From positions 110,310,017 through 110,374,016 of the forward strand of contig JARFYF010000052.1 of assembly GCA_030265395.1 (NCBI GenBank): 64,000 nt of DNA, given 5' to 3'. Numbering within the stretch: position 1 is the first letter of the stretch; the number at the start of each line of letters is the position of its first letter. A model generated the notes under the pieces. It worked only from the letters and a program-made list of their open reading frames with translations. It was not told the DNA's origin and made no database searches. Positions 49,697-63,331 of this stretch are shown piece by piece. The DNA is from Rhina ancylostomus. Taxonomy: Eukaryota. A program made the position numbers and the translations under genes.

Positions 49697-51284
49697 AAAT
49701 AATGCTTTTACTTTCTAGATCGAAGTCTGGAATTTTTCTTGGCTACTCAGCCTGCTCAATAGGGGTAACTAGATGCCCAAGTTTCCCAAAACTATCAACC
49801 AACTTCAATTCAATTTCCCAGATTTTGTGGTCAGTGACTGACTATCTTTGTGATATGCATTTGCCTTTTCTTGAACAGGGGAAACAATGCACAATTTCTA
49901 TTCAGAATTTAAAATACAATTCCATGTTGCTCTATTAATTACCACTTCCAGTGAATCTGGGGGCACTTACAAGGTGAATCAAATTTTATACCATTAGTAT
50001 TAAAGTAAAACTCCAATAATATGACACCTTTAGGACTTTGGTGGTGCCAGACTGGCATATTTTCTATTGGATATTACTCCTATAAATACGTTAGTATATT
50101 ATGCCGTAGAAGAAATTTTCTAGTGAACCAGGTGCATTTAAAGGGAGTGCAGAAATGTGAGCCAGATGCTGAACCATCAGGATGTCCAAACATGGTGAAT
50201 ACATCTGATTTTTATAAAATTCCAGAAATTAAAAAAAATTTTACAGCATGGTCACAGGCTCTGCTGGCCCAATGAGTCTGCGCCACCCATATTTTTTAAA
50301 CCCATGTTAACCTACCTGTACATCTTTGGAATGTGGGAGGAAACCGGAGCACTCAGAGACACCATGCAGACATGGGAGAATGTACAAACTCCTTACAGAC
50401 AGCAACAGGAATTGAACCCCGATTGCTGGTGCTGTAACAGCATATAGCTAACCGCTACGCTACTGTGCTGCCCTAATTAAAGTTTAGCTTTTATCTTTAC
50501 AATCTGGCAGGATAACGCAACATCATTCCAGCATATCACTATGAACAGTGCACTAAGCCCCTTTATCATTTCTGGGTGATGTGTTTGTAACATTACCCAG
50601 GAATGTGAAAAGATAGCAATGGCTGATGCATTACAAGGAGGAAATCTAACAATAACTTCAAGAGAACAGCCATGTAGCTAAAAGGCAAAAATCCAGAAGT
50701 TGTCACTCATTCCTTTTTCCTGATATTGCCTTCTCAATTTTAACTGTTTATAAACTGTCCTCTGTACAGAAAACCATTACAATGTTATGCCTTTTGATTT
50801 TTTAAACACTGTCCTGGCCATAAACACTGCATTACACCTTCTCTAGTCCTTAAAAAAAAGTGAATTCTCATTTTCTCAATTACATCAAAATTCCATACTA
50901 AACTACATTATTAAGGGTTTGACATTTCAACTTCCATCTCAATCTCTTGTGCACTCCAATCTCCTTTCATGCTTTGTAAAATGTATAAAGAGTTAGTGTT
51001 TTTTTTCAAATAATGCTTTTAATTTCTGGGTAAAAGTCTGGAATTTTTCTTTGGTACTCAGCCTCCTTAATTACATCTGGGTTACTAGATGCCAAGGTTT
51101 CCAAAACTGACTATTTACCAACTTCAACTCAATTTCCCAGATTTTGTGGTCAGTGGCTATCTTTGTGATATGCATTTGGCTTTTCTTGAACAAGGGAAAC
51201 AATGCACAATTTCTATCCAGAATTTAAAATACAATTCCATGTTACTCTATTCATTACCACTACCAGTGAATCCAGGGGCACTTA
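49697..51284 (+). repeat. Direct duplication of about 275 bp (49697-49969 and 51008-51284)
   Basis: shared blocks such as caatttcccagattttgtggtcagtg, ctatctttgtgatatgcatttg, gaaacaatgcacaatttcta, cagaatttaaaatacaattccatgtt. Confidence 0.9.
50240..50475 (-). mobile_element. V-SINE
   Basis: ctttggaatgtgggaggaaaccggagcactc...acaaactccttacagacagc...attgaaccc. Confidence 0.85.
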
Positions 51285-51454
51285 AGTCACTGGAATTAAC
51301 TTATTTTGGATACAAGAAGAATACCAAAAGTTAGGACCTCCTCAAGGTCTCAAGCATGAAGCACAATTATTGTGTGGGCATGTTCAATATAAACATGAAT
51401 TACCTCAAGATTGCACATTTCTTGAAGTACAGCCAAAAATGTTTAACTTATGGA

Positions 51455-51546
51455 AACACACAGAGTATGCAGGAGGAACTTAGCACAGCAGGCAGCATCT
51501 ACGGAGGGAAATGAATGTTTTGGGCCGAGACCCTTCATCAGGACTG
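51455..51546 (-). mobile_element. Penelope terminal repeat fragment with hammerhead-like motif
   Basis: minus strand cagtcCTGATGAagggtctcggcccAAAAcattc. Confidence 0.75.
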
Positions 51547-51559
51547 CTCATGAGATCCT

Positions 51560-52720
51560 TTCTGCATCTTATGAATACGTGAGATACCAGTTTGCCTCCA
51601 CAATTTGATAGTTAATTCCAAGTTTCACCTCTACTAAACTATAAAGTTGCTGAATGCAGGCCAAGCACCTCCCACCAGTGACAAATAAAAGCTGATATCT
51701 TGGATCAATTGTACACATGCCAGGCAGGCTAACTTTAACATCACTTCCAGAGGGCTGAGAAGGCAGAGCAAGACCTCATTTTCCTCATCTTGGAAGAGGG
51801 AAACATGCTCAAACATACTGTAATCACGGCCACATTCAAGAAATGCGACTCCAATCGCAGTCTCTCTGCTGTCTGCTACAGGGAAAGTCATCTGAGCATT
51901 CTCCTGATCCACTGCCCTGAGTGGCCAAAGAGTTCCACCTAGTGTTGAAATAAGGAACTTAGAAATGCCATTACCCTGTCAAGCAGAGGATGGAGAATCC
52001 TTTAGTAATTTGACTGTTCTCTGAAATTTATTACCATTTCATATACATATCACAATAACTTGCAGGCTGAGCTCCTATAGACTCAATCCCACTACAGACT
52101 GAAGTCAAGGAAGGCCTTCTATCAACTCTAATCCTCTTCTCAATCTTCCTTGCAGCAAAACTATACCAAACCTCCAACAAACTTCCAATTGGAGTGCAGT
52201 TTATCCACAGGACATATGGGACATGATACATAAATCTAACTCATGCAAGCATTGTCTGTGTACTGTCAATATGTGAGTATTCAGACACCAAGCTCATTCA
52301 CTGAAGTGTATGAAGGTTGGGCCTCACAAACATCCGGAAGGCTAAAGTCCTCTCCAAATCTGCACCCAATACTGTAACCCTTAAAATTAAGATTTGCAGT
52401 GAGAGCCTTGAAAACACTTCCCATACCTCAGGAGCCATTTTTCCATGAAGGCAGACATTGGTGAATTTCATCATACTCATCACCTTGAATATGCCAGCAT
52501 AGATTTCAGCTAACCAAGGAAAACATTGTTCAAAGTCTGAAACCTCAAACCTGGCCGCAGCTCTGGTCAACTCTGCAGCAGTGATCCTCATCCTACATCT
52601 TTTGAAGTCATGGATGACCAACAGTATTCACCTCAAAACACTGTAGAAATAACACCAAAGCTGTCTTTGCAAAATCCAAACTGAAAATTTGGGATGGTCA
52701 GGAAATTAATTGAATTTCAA
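51560..52720 (+). mobile_element. RTE (BovB-like) RT fragment, decayed
   Basis: VSLLSATGKVI; TEVKEGLLSTLILFSIFLAA...NKLPIGVQFIHRT; FPYLRSHFSMKADI. Confidence 0.75.
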
Positions 52721-52964
52721 TTCTTCAGTATACTGCTGTCTGATTTGATGCTGGTGAGGTTCAGGTAGTGTTCTTCCATGTTTTTTCCTTCTTCAATAGC
52801 ACACCACCATAAAATAAGCAGTATTGATGTTTTAATTCTCAGAGTACAAACAGGTTCACTTCTCTGAGTGCATTGGTTATTACCACAATAATTCAGTGGC
52901 AGTTGGAAAACTTATATCCAAAGATTGGCTAAACTGCACATTTCAGAAAATCATTGTTCTCTGT

Positions 52965-53560
52965 AACGGTGGTAGACATCTTTAACATCTCCTTGCAGCA
53001 GGTTGTTGTCCCTAAGTGTCTGAAATCTGCCACCATTATACCTGTACCTGAGAAATCCCCTGCACTATGCCTGAATGACTATCGCCCCATAGCTCTGACA
53101 CCTATCCTCGTGAAGTGTTTCGAGAGGCTAGTCATGAGGCACATCAGATCCATTCTTCACCCAACCATGGATCTCCACCAATATGCATACCGGGCCAACA
53201 GGTCCACAGATGATGTGGTATCCTCTGCCCTGCATTCGGTACTAACTCACTTGGAAAATAAAGATACATATGTTAGAATGCTGTTCATCGACCTCAGCTC
53301 CACATTCAACACCATCATCCCACAACAGTTGATCAGGAAGTTGAGTATATTGGGCTTCAATACACCTCTTTGCAACTGGATACTGGACNNNNNNNNNNNN
53401 NNNNNNNNNNNNNNNNNNNNNNNNNNNNNNNNNNNNNNNNNNNNNNNNNNNNNNNNNNNNNNNNNNNNNNNNNNNNNNNNNNNNNNNNCTTGATCTGTGG
53501 AGTATGGCATTTCGCTCCCATGTATGTTGTAAGTGTATATGGAAGTGACAATAAACTGAT
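52965..53560 (+). mobile_element. Rex-Babar RT fragment, open frame up to the gap
   Basis: ORF 52954-53493 [21 protein letters not shown]...[12 protein letters not shown]...[18 protein letters not shown]. Confidence 0.92.
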
Positions 53561-54589
53561 TCTGAGACACTGAACAGTGGTGGAAAGAGATTCGAAAAGA
53601 AATTCCTTTAAATAGTGCACATGGAAGTTGTGCCTATGCGAATTTAATCAAAAACCTAATGCTAAACGTGATTGGGTACTTATGCATGGTCTTGAGGAAT
53701 GCTACATTTGTTCAAGGTATTCCCTGGGTGGCATGACTTTAATGGTAATTGCTCAGCATCATTTGTGCTTGCACAGCACAAGACAGATTTGCTTCTGTGC
53801 AACTTGAAATGGATTAACTTAACCTGTTCTGAGCGTTGGAGTCTAGTGCATAGACTCTGCTACAAATAGGCCTCCTTTATGATTTGTACTTGCCTCTTGC
53901 TCCCAGTTCCTTCTCACTGCAGGTGTCCTTATGGACCCCAGGCTAATTGTGACCATGATCAAACCCATCCCCCACCTGCACCACTACTTATGCCCACCTT
54001 CTCTTCCTTTCTCACCCAACCCTCCATGAATACCACAACAATGTTTCTTGGTCTCAGTCCTTCCTTGAATGCTGGGCCTTTATAAACTCACATCATCTTT
54101 TTACAAAATTTGCCTTTTGCAAGTTTCCTTCTTCCCCACCCTCCTTCAATTTACCTTGGAAACACTAGATCAGTAAAGTGTTATTGTCCAGATCTGTGAT
54201 CACTCTGAAACTTTTTGATTGCATTAAACAAGCCTCTGTCTCTCCAAAAATCAAAATCATAAATAAAACATTTACCATTCCTGATTAGTCCAGCAATGAC
54301 TGTTCTTTCCACTTCTGCACTGTAACCAAATTAACCATGCTGGATCCCTCTTTTCCCTCAGCTAAAATTTTATATTCTGTTGACATCTCCAGATATGAAA
54401 ATTAACAACATATGTATACATAACACACACTACCTCTCCATCACTTCTTTAACACCTCCACTGCATTAGTACTATAATATCTACCTGACATCTAGATGAA
54501 CAATTATTTCTTATTAAAGTTACCAGGAAGAGCAAAGCTGTCAATACTTTGACCACACATTGGGCCTTAAACAGTGCAGAAAAAAAAAA

Positions 54590-54995
54590 TCACCAGAATA
54601 GTACCTTGACTCTGAACATTAAATAACAAGGGCAGATTACATAAAGTACTCCCTGAAATTTGGAAAATTAGCGGGGTGATTTGAAGTTTAAGATGTTAAA
54701 TGGAACAAATAGATATATAGAAACTATTTTTGTTGGGTAAAGAATCTAGGATGAACCGGCATGATCTCAAAGTTAGAGTCCAGTTTTTCTAAAAACACGC
54801 AAATGTGCAAAGATTGCTCTAAGTTTGAAACTCTCTAATGCAAACAGCAATTGACACTACAAGAATAGTTAATTTTTAATTTGAGATTAATGGATCATTA
54901 TTAATCCAAAATATTGAGTATGGGAAAAAGTGAGTAAAATACAGTTAGATTGCAAATCAATTCTGGCTGATCTCTCTCAATACTGGTACAGGCTT
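54590..54995 (+). mobile_element. Old CR1 3' fragment
   Basis: similar in layout to 35850-36240 (accagaatagtacc...gaatctaggatg...ttgagattaatgg). Confidence 0.5.
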
Positions 54996-55288
54996 CTTAT
55001 GCATAAAACACAACATATCGTTACCAATCTACTCTAAACCATATTGTAACAACAGTGCGAGGCTAAATGAACCATATATCATTACATTACATGAATTGTT
55101 AAAATCAGTTACTAATATTACATAAACATCTGCTCTATGTAAAGAAAATCAGATAATGAATGGCAAAGAAATAGCTAAAATATCAACATAAGAAAAAAAC
55201 TTTGATCTTCCGGTAATTGCTTGTCAGTAATATTTTCATCATTCTGACATTTAAATAAAAGGCAGCAGCAGTTATTGAAATTACTTAC

Positions 55289-55423
55289 CTCTGCAGGATG
55301 ATCTTCAATAACACACTGACAGATTTGTTCTAACTTCTTCTGGTCTTTGATCAGTCCCAATTCTTTTAGTTCAACTACCTGGGTTGCAGTTTTACCTTCA
55401 CCCTTCCACAATTCAACAAGCAC
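55289..55423 (-). CDS. GATB: GATB coding exon
   Basis: ggtag|GTG...GAG|gtaagt, 135 nt; VLVELWKGEGKTATQVVELKELGLIKDQKKLEQICQCVIEDHPAE. Confidence 0.93.
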
Positions 55424-56019
55424 CTACCAAAGCAGATTCAGAAAAAAAATACATCACTGTCTAACTCTCCAAAAGAAGTGGTATCACCCATTACTCAGAT
55501 AGTGCTAATACAGTTTTTCTAAAAAATGTCAATAAATGTTCTAGATTCAGCCTCCCTCATACATTGTCATCTTTATCTAAGCCACACACACACAAAACAA
55601 AATCTCACCAGGTTACCCTATTTGTGCAGTTTATCAAAGATGAGAGGACAGTAGGATTGATAAAAAAAAATCCACACATTTTTAGGGAAAGCAAGGAAAG
55701 ATTTAGTCTGGGTTCCCCATATGATATGTAGGTACTCAAATAAGGAATTAGGCTTGGCTCCAATGTCCATTAAGGCTGAAAAGACAACTGATACTTTATG
55801 TCAAAACTTACAGAAATGCATGAGAGAATTACTAAAGGATCTCTGGAATCCATTTAAACTTTCCATATTCATCCTGGCTTTCTACCTTTCTAAGAATCTG
55901 CCATAAGCTTCCTTTTTTGTTTTTTTTCTACCAGATACATGTCGAATACATATGGGGTTTGTAATTGAGAGCTCTCATTTAAAAAAAGTTGTTTTAAACT
56001 TTCACTATCACATCCTTGA

Positions 56020-56400
56020 ATACCTCTCACTAGACTGACACCAATTTACCTTCAAGGAGTCCTTTCCACCCACTTTCATTAAATCATATCTCAGTCTTGT
56101 AAAACTGTTTTTGCTCCAATTTAAGATATTTTACTTCTGATATATTTTTGTCCTTTTCCATAACTATGCTAAATTTAATTGAATCATGATCACTGCCTCC
56201 AATACGTTCCCCCACTGCCTCCACTACGTTCCTTCTGTCCATTTTTCCTAAAACTTTGGGCTTGCTATGTGATGATTAAAAAACTTCTCTAAACTGCACT
56301 TCAAGGACTCTGCTGCTTCTGTATTTTGATTTTGTCACAATTAGTGTTAGAAAAGCCAAAATCCCCAACAATCATTACCTTATTAACTTTTTCAACATTT
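56020..56400 (-). mobile_element. Old CR1 endonuclease fragment
   Basis: similar to 3420-3720 (aatcatgatcactgcctccaatacgttcccccact). Confidence 0.5.
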
Positions 56401-56700
56401 TTGCTGTTCTGTCCATTAAGGAAGGGGAAAAGGGCTATAATTACACACTTTTTTTGGTCCCTTGATACAATCATATCTACAATATCACCTCATTTCACAC
56501 CTGTAATTGTTTCTTAACCAATATTATTCATCCCAGCTCTTAGTTTATTAAAATTATGGAGATTCCACTTAAATCAAAGTCCATTTAAAAAAAGTCAGTT
56601 AATATTCTTTTAGTAATCACATTTTATTTAAAGTAAAAAATGCTAATAGCCTCTGCTTGATTATCAACCAACCATAATGCAGAAATTAATGTTTACTCAC

Positions 56701-56779
56701 TCGCTTTGCTGCAGATGAAGATATAAATCCATTTTCCAAGAGATTAAGTACTTCTGACATATCAGTGGGCCTAATGGGG
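56701..56779 (-). CDS. GATB: GATB coding exon
   Basis: tttcag|C CCC...CGA|gtgagt, 79 nt; PIRPTDMSEVLNLLENGFISSSAAKR. Confidence 0.93.
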
Positions 56780-58399
56780 CTGAAAAATAGCATGGACTGA
56801 AGTTAAATGTTGAAAGTAAACTGCAAGTTAAAATTAACAGCGTACAGAAACAAAATTCTACATATTCAAAATAGCAAAACAGTAAAATTGAGAAACTTAA
56901 CAACCCTTTACACCATTTGGGCTGCCAGTCAAATGTCACATTTTAATCAAAATTATACAGTGATGATTAACCAGGCAAAAAATTCTCAGATAAATCAAAT
57001 ACTCCAGAGAGATGGGGCAAGTAACAAGTTTATTTATGTGTTCTAGTCCCAAACAGTAGCTTACATGGTGTTTGAAAGTAATGCAATTGTGATATCAATG
57101 ACAAACCTTCACATTTTTCAATTTTACACACTCCACATAGACATGCTCTGTACTTGTAACAATTCAACTTTAGAAGAAATCTGCAATTCTAGAGCAGGAA
57201 TTAGAAGGGATATCACTTTGCACTTTATCTGAGAGTCAAAGCTCTCCATAAATAGATGATGAAAACTAGTGGCCTTAATTCAGTCCTCACCTTTTCATAT
57301 TCAATTTTCTTCCTGCCCTAGATTTCTCTTTTTCTGACAGATAGGGAAAATTATATCCATTATTATACCATTATTTTCTCTCACAGCATTTGAATCTTCC
57401 CTACTCATTTTCTGTAAAGGCTCCAATCCTTTAAAGTTTTCCTACATTACATTTTTCTGAACTCTCTACTTTGCTTACTAGTACTTCTAAAAACATTCTC
57501 CTTTTCCTAAACTGAGGTTTTCTCTTCAGAATAACAACAGGACTCTTGATCAGGAGCAGCCATTAACAACCCTTTTGCTCTTACCTACCACCTCTCTTCC
57601 TTTCATAACATCAAGACACACTTTATGCTCACTTCTAGCAAATCAGCTTCAACTACAATACGATCTCACCACCAAACTCTTTCCCCCTCTAGTCTTCCCT
57701 CTGGAGTCCTTTTCTAAAAATACTTGAACAGATTCCTTCTGTCTAAGTACTTTCAGAAATAAACTGAGATACTGAAAAAATTGAAAGAATTTGTGCCTGT
57801 GTATACTAATTGTATAGAAATTTCACTATCTTAAAAAAAGAACTATTAAAATAACAGTTAAAACAACTCCTTAATTGGAACTTTATAGGAAGATCATTTT
57901 GCTGGAACTGTTCTTCAGAAAGCAGCTGTATACCTGCTTTCCTTTACCATATAATCTTGAATAGGGGTGAAGAATTAAATAAAACACAAATTACAAAGGA
58001 CACACAGTAGAAATGAACAACATTATTTGGATAAAAAGGGGCCCAGGTGAAGTGCAACTTATATGGCATATATTTTAAATTAAAAACAGTATACTAAGGA
58101 TTCGTTTAGAAAGCTTTCTGAATTTTTTTGTTATAATGACCTCTGCTGAGATGTTGCAAGTTAACAAATATAAACTTGTAACAGTAGTAATAGATGCATG
58201 GATATAACTCTTTAATTCTGCATTATAATAAAAAGACTACATTTATAGCAGATTTCTTAAATTAGATGCTTAATCTGAAGCACTTTCAGTACTTTGTTTC
58301 TGACAACATCTTTCTCCAGGCCAGGTGACAACTTCTAAAATTGGCACAATGAAGAACATTAAAAAAAAATGTAATACCATAAAGCAACCTGTATTCTGC

Positions 58400-58720
58400 T
58401 CTAAAGAAACTGCGTCTCTCTCCACAGATCCTGCCTGACATGCTGAGTATCCCCAACATTTTGTTTTTATTTCAGAGTTCCAGTATCTTCAGTTTTTCAC
58501 TTTTCAAAGCCTGTATCACATTGCATATGGAAAAAATAACATGCATGTTTCCACATTATCAATACTAGTCTTAGAAATACAAACAGAAAATGCTGGAAAT
58601 ACTCAGGACAGGCAGCATCTGAGGAGAGGGAAACAGGAGTGAACAAGGAATTAATGTTTCAGTTCAATGACCATTTGTATTTCAGATTTCCATCATCTGC
58701 AGTTTTATATTTTTTCAATT
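58400..58720. repeat. Two Penelope-terminal repeat fragments in opposite orientation
   Basis: tccacagatcctgcctgacatgctgagtat and acagaaaatgctggaaatactcaggacaggcagcatct. Confidence 0.6.
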
Positions 58721-59409
58721 TCTGGCTTTTCAGAAGCCTTTTTAAAAATCATCAGAATGCAGATTTAGTTACTATCTCCAACAAACCTGCCTTTTACTCT
58801 AAGTCACTTCTTCAACAAGTTAAGCATGAAATCATATTTAATATGCCCTGGCCCGTCAGTTTCGAGGTCTGAATTCTAGTTTACCATCCTCCATGGCATC
58901 AAACACCTTGCCTTCATAACCCTTTCTGTATCTAGAACCCCATGTGCATTAGCTCTGCTCTCACCTGCTCTACCACAGGTGCTAAATGGTCCACTATGAT
59001 CATGCTGTCTTGGACTCTCAGGCCAAGTCAAGGCCATTCTTAACATGACTCTCCCCATCCACCTTGCCTATATATCACATTCTAGCTTACCTTAGCCGTT
59101 GTCCACATCTTCTTTACACTCTTTTAAATACCTTCCTGCACATTTTTATTGCCATTTTATTCAATTGCATGCATTCTGTGGAAACCATATCATTTAATGC
59201 TTGTTGTAAATGTAGCAATTATTACAGTAAAATGCAAAGGATGTGGAACAATATTTCCAAGCCAGCCACCAGATGAATAATAGCCCAAGAAAGACCAATG
59301 CATTAATATTTACACTGGCAGGTATTCAATGCTCCCTTCTAACAGAGTTACAAGGGTACTACAAAACAAAATGTAATTCAAGTTGTCTATAGAAAATCAT
59401 ATGGCTCAC

Positions 59410-59543
59410 CTTTGGTTTACTCTGAGATTATTTTGTTTTAGAAGTGCCAGGAAATCATTTATTATCCAACCAATTACCTTCTTTGGACTGGCTTGGGTCT
59501 GTTCTACAACACTTTCAAAAAATTGCACAAGCCCATCTTCATT
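59410..59543 (-). CDS. GATB: GATB coding exon
   Basis: ttgcag|AAT...AG|gtgagc, 134 nt; NEDGLVQFFESVVEQTQASPKKVIGWIINDFLALLKQ. Confidence 0.93.
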
Positions 59544-59789
59544 CTGCAAAACAAAATGACAAAACCACAAAGCTGCACAAAATATTCCCTCACATCTTTT
59601 CCCTAATATTCCTCCTTACATCTTTCCTCAACTGAAAAAAAACAAGGAAAACATCCTAAACCTGAAGCAGGTACTAATAATTTACTCTACAACTATCATG
59701 AACTCCAACAAGATTCAATGCCAGATGTTTGCTCATGCAGTTATAGGTTCTCTTGTGATTTTACGTTGAGGTCAACCACTCATCAGTCC

Positions 59790-60022
59790 AGCGGTAGCTA
59801 TAGATGATTTACATATACAGCACCAGCAACCCGGATTCAATTCCCACCACTGTCTGTAAGGAGCTTGTACGTTCTCCCTGTGTCTGCGTGGGTTCCCTNN
59901 NNNNNNNNTGCTTTGTTGGGGCCGGAAGTGTGGCAACACTTGTGGGCTGCCCCAAAACAACCTACACAAAATATGCATTTCACTGTGTGTTTCAATAAAC
60001 ATGTGACTACCAAAGATATCTT
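59790..60022 (+). mobile_element. V-SINE, second subfamily
   Basis: ggattcaattcccaccactgtctgtaaggag...gccggaagtgtggcaacacttgtgggctgcccc...catttcactgtgtg. Confidence 0.8.
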
Positions 60023-60756
60023 ATATGTTATTTTAGGTGACCAAGTTTCAACTGAGCTACTTGGAAGCCTTCCATTCCTATGCTTATTTTAAAAAGAAAT
60101 GTACTCCATAGATTAAGATTACTGCAGCATAACAGGTTAATGACAGTAAATGTGGCAGGTATAACTGTGAAAAAAATTAAGATTTTTAATTTTCATCTTT
60201 GAGTTGATAAGAATTTGTTCAGCATTTTTATCTTTGAGTTGATAAGAACCAAATACAAAACACCAATTGGTATAATATACATTCTTATGAAAAAGCAACA
60301 TGTTCAGTATTTTTGCTGTATTAAAATAAGTAAGATACTTGGGTATAAAGTAGAAGGGACGGCATCAGCAAATCAAACTTACTTTTAAAAAAAATTCTAA
60401 TTGGGTAAAATATTTCAACAGAAAACTCCTGCCTGCCCTTACCAATAAACCAGTGAATACAATTTTAAAAAGCTTTCTTTAGTTAATTTACAAAGTTCAA
60501 ATTTTTAATTAACCTTTATCCTAAAATAAATCCTTTTAATAATCTTGTCAGTGTCAATGATCAAGGCAACATTAAAATTGTGAGTTAACATTATTTTAAA
60601 TTTTATACTTACAGGATCTCAAGTTACTCAAAGTCTGCCAACTAATGAATAACTTACCAAAAATAAATGTGGAGAAATATTAATGTTTCATATAGTAAAA
60701 GCATTAATAAAATGAATCACATATTGCAAGTTTCAGCATCAATCCCAATTACTTAC

Positions 60757-60946
60757 CACCAAAGTGAAACTGTGTTCAACAAGAATACCATACTTTTCCA
60801 CCAATCTTGTTCTTTTCACATTAGGTAGCTCAGGTAGCTGTTCACGAATATAGTCAACATTCACCACTTGTTGAGGATTCATATGAGAATGGAGAGTTTC
60901 ATTGTCATAAATAATCAATGGAGGCAAATTTGGCTCCGGCATAAAC
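60757..60946 (-). CDS. GATB: GATB coding exon
   Basis: ttaag|G TTT...GTG|gtaagt, 190 nt; [10 protein letters not shown]...IREQLPELP. Confidence 0.95.
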
Positions 60947-62184
60947 CTTAAACATTTTAAAAACATCCGTAAATTTAAAACTCAGTGGATTTCATTTCCA
61001 AATTCCTTGATCTTAAATAAAATAGATATTCAATGGGAGGCTGACAAAAATCATAGTTTGTTATAATTTCATTTCAATAAATAAAGTATTAAACTGAAAC
61101 ATCACTAAATTCTATTGTATTTCATTNNNNNNNNNNNNNNNNNNNNNNNNNNNNNNNNNNNNNNNNNNNNNNNNNNNNNNNNNNNNNNNNNNNNNNNNNN
61201 NNNNNNNNNNNNNNNNNNNNNNNNNNNNNNNNNNNNNNNNNNNNNNNNNNNNNNNNNNNNNNNNGCAAAAAATGATTCTGTTTTATGAAATCAAATGTAC
61301 ACAAAGATTGCTTGCTGGAAAGCAGCCTAATCTTACAGGAAAACTCCATTGAAAAGTCAACAATGAATGCCTTGCACCAATTATGCAATCTCAGAAGTCA
61401 TTGTGTTCAAAAAAGATAGGAAGCACTTAACATATTACTCCTCAAAATACTAACAGTTCAGGATAAATAATGCACTAAATCAGTTGTACAACAAATCAAT
61501 TTAATAATAATGATTAATGCCACCACCAGCTGGTCTTTTGGTTTCTATCATTTTCTACTATTTCCAGTTTTTATGGCTGTTGCAAAAACCTCACTTTCTT
61601 AGTGCTGTTACTTTGTTACATTTTTTATATACTAGCAATAATTTTATAATAACTTTTCACTATTATGATCAGAGTAGATGGAGATAATTCGTATCCCAGA
61701 GTAGTCACTCTCCTAGCTAAATGTCACAGGGTAATGAAAGAAAACATTAAACTGTGAGAAAATAAAGTTTTTCCATCTGTCATTTGCAGCTATAAGCTTT
61801 TTTTTCCACCTACAAGAAATTTACAACTTTATTTTCCATAATAGATTATACTATTTATATTATCTTAAATTTCAGCAGTTAATTTCTTTTCATAATTACA
61901 TAAAATATTTTTTTTAATAAATTCTTGTTCCAGAAGCATTTGTTAAAGTTCCTTACCAAAATACATGAATGAATTGTAAATGTAATAACTTGGTACTCAG
62001 CAGACTGTAGATATAATCTAAATGAACAATTGACTACAGAGAAAAATAACTCATTTTGAATTTAAGAAATTTGAAATAAAAGGAATGTTTTTCTTTGAAA
62101 TTACCCTCAGAGCTTATAACAATCAAGAAACAATAGTGGTAAACTCAATATTTATCCAGCACATTTTCTCCAATGCATGATTAC

Positions 62185-62229
62185 CTGTAGTCTTGCTTTC
62201 CCTCTTTGTCTCTCATAGATATGGTCTGT
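62185..62229 (-). CDS. GATB: GATB coding exon
   Basis: tttcag|A CAG...AG|gtaatc, 45 nt; QTISMRDKEGKQDYR. Confidence 0.93.
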
Positions 62230-63246
62230 CTGAAAATAAATTCATATTTTTCCAAGAATAAGTTTCTTAGAATAAATGCAAATTCTTCTCCAGAAGATCT
62301 ATGCATTCAGGAACACATTAAAGTTTCTCTAAATTCATTAAAATAAATCCACAAGATCTTTTTGTTTACTTCTTTCCTTGAAAAATGCAACAATACTTCA
62401 GGCAAGTGGATTTGGAATCTAGAATTATTTACAGGATTAAGAAATAAATTGAATAATCCTTTGTTAAGTATAAATAATACACCACTGCTGCGATCAGTAT
62501 TGCTGTTAGACACAGAATACTTAGTTCCTGGGATTTCTTAACAACGGTAAGCATGCAAGACTCATTCTACTTGTAAGAGAGAGAAGCTTTACTTATGAAG
62601 ATGGTCTTAGGCACTGAGCAACTCAAGTGTATTTGAAAACTTGAGTTGGTGCAATAGCTTAATTGAAAATTTAAATTTAAAATTCATCTGCATAGCTGAT
62701 CTAAATCCTCTGTAAATCTTTGCCTGTATATCCTGCAAGTACTAGTAGTCAGATGTGGTCATAAAAAAGTGCTTTAGAAATGTTGGGGATGAAAACAAGT
62801 ATATTGTTTGCAATTTTAGGTAAGCTAGTATTGTTACTTTAAGCCAAGCTGAAATTATTCAAAAAAGGGAGTTTCAGGAGAGATAACGTTGATGCTCTAT
62901 TATTACATATTTGAGGGTCCTAGTGAAGATGATGTTGGAAGTGGTTGTGTTTGCTTTTCACATTTTATGCACCTTCAATGGTGTGTGTAGTCTCATAGTG
63001 GGAGGGTACACAGACCGCTTGATCATTCCCTAGTTCAAAGATGCTAAAACCATCTGCATTGTCTGCTCTGCAATGGGTGTGAGATAGCCAACACAATAAG
63101 GAAAAGTGATAAAAGCTGGGACCTTCCTGTTCTGTATGGCCAGCAACACTGAGAAAATGTACCCACTAAGCCAAAAGAAAATAAAGTCTAACATTTAATT
63201 TCTGCTGTTCTTCAGAGGAATGTACAAGTCCAAAATAAGTTCTCAC

Positions 63247-63331
63247 CCTGATTTATAATCAAATGCTCTGGTTTCATTTAGTATTTTCCCTCCATTCTCC
63301 AGTACTTCAATCTGCCTCTGAATTTCATAAT
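63247..63331 (-). CDS. GATB: GATB coding exon
   Basis: taacag|AT...GG|gtgaga, 85 nt; [29 protein letters not shown]. Confidence 0.95.

Noticed and set aside
49702-51334. Two similar short ORFs (LCDMHL.FLEQGKQCTISIQNLKYNSMLLY) as a paralogous micro-gene pair
   Set aside because: Similarity follows from the DNA duplication; indels break the shared frame and both are antisense within a GATB intron
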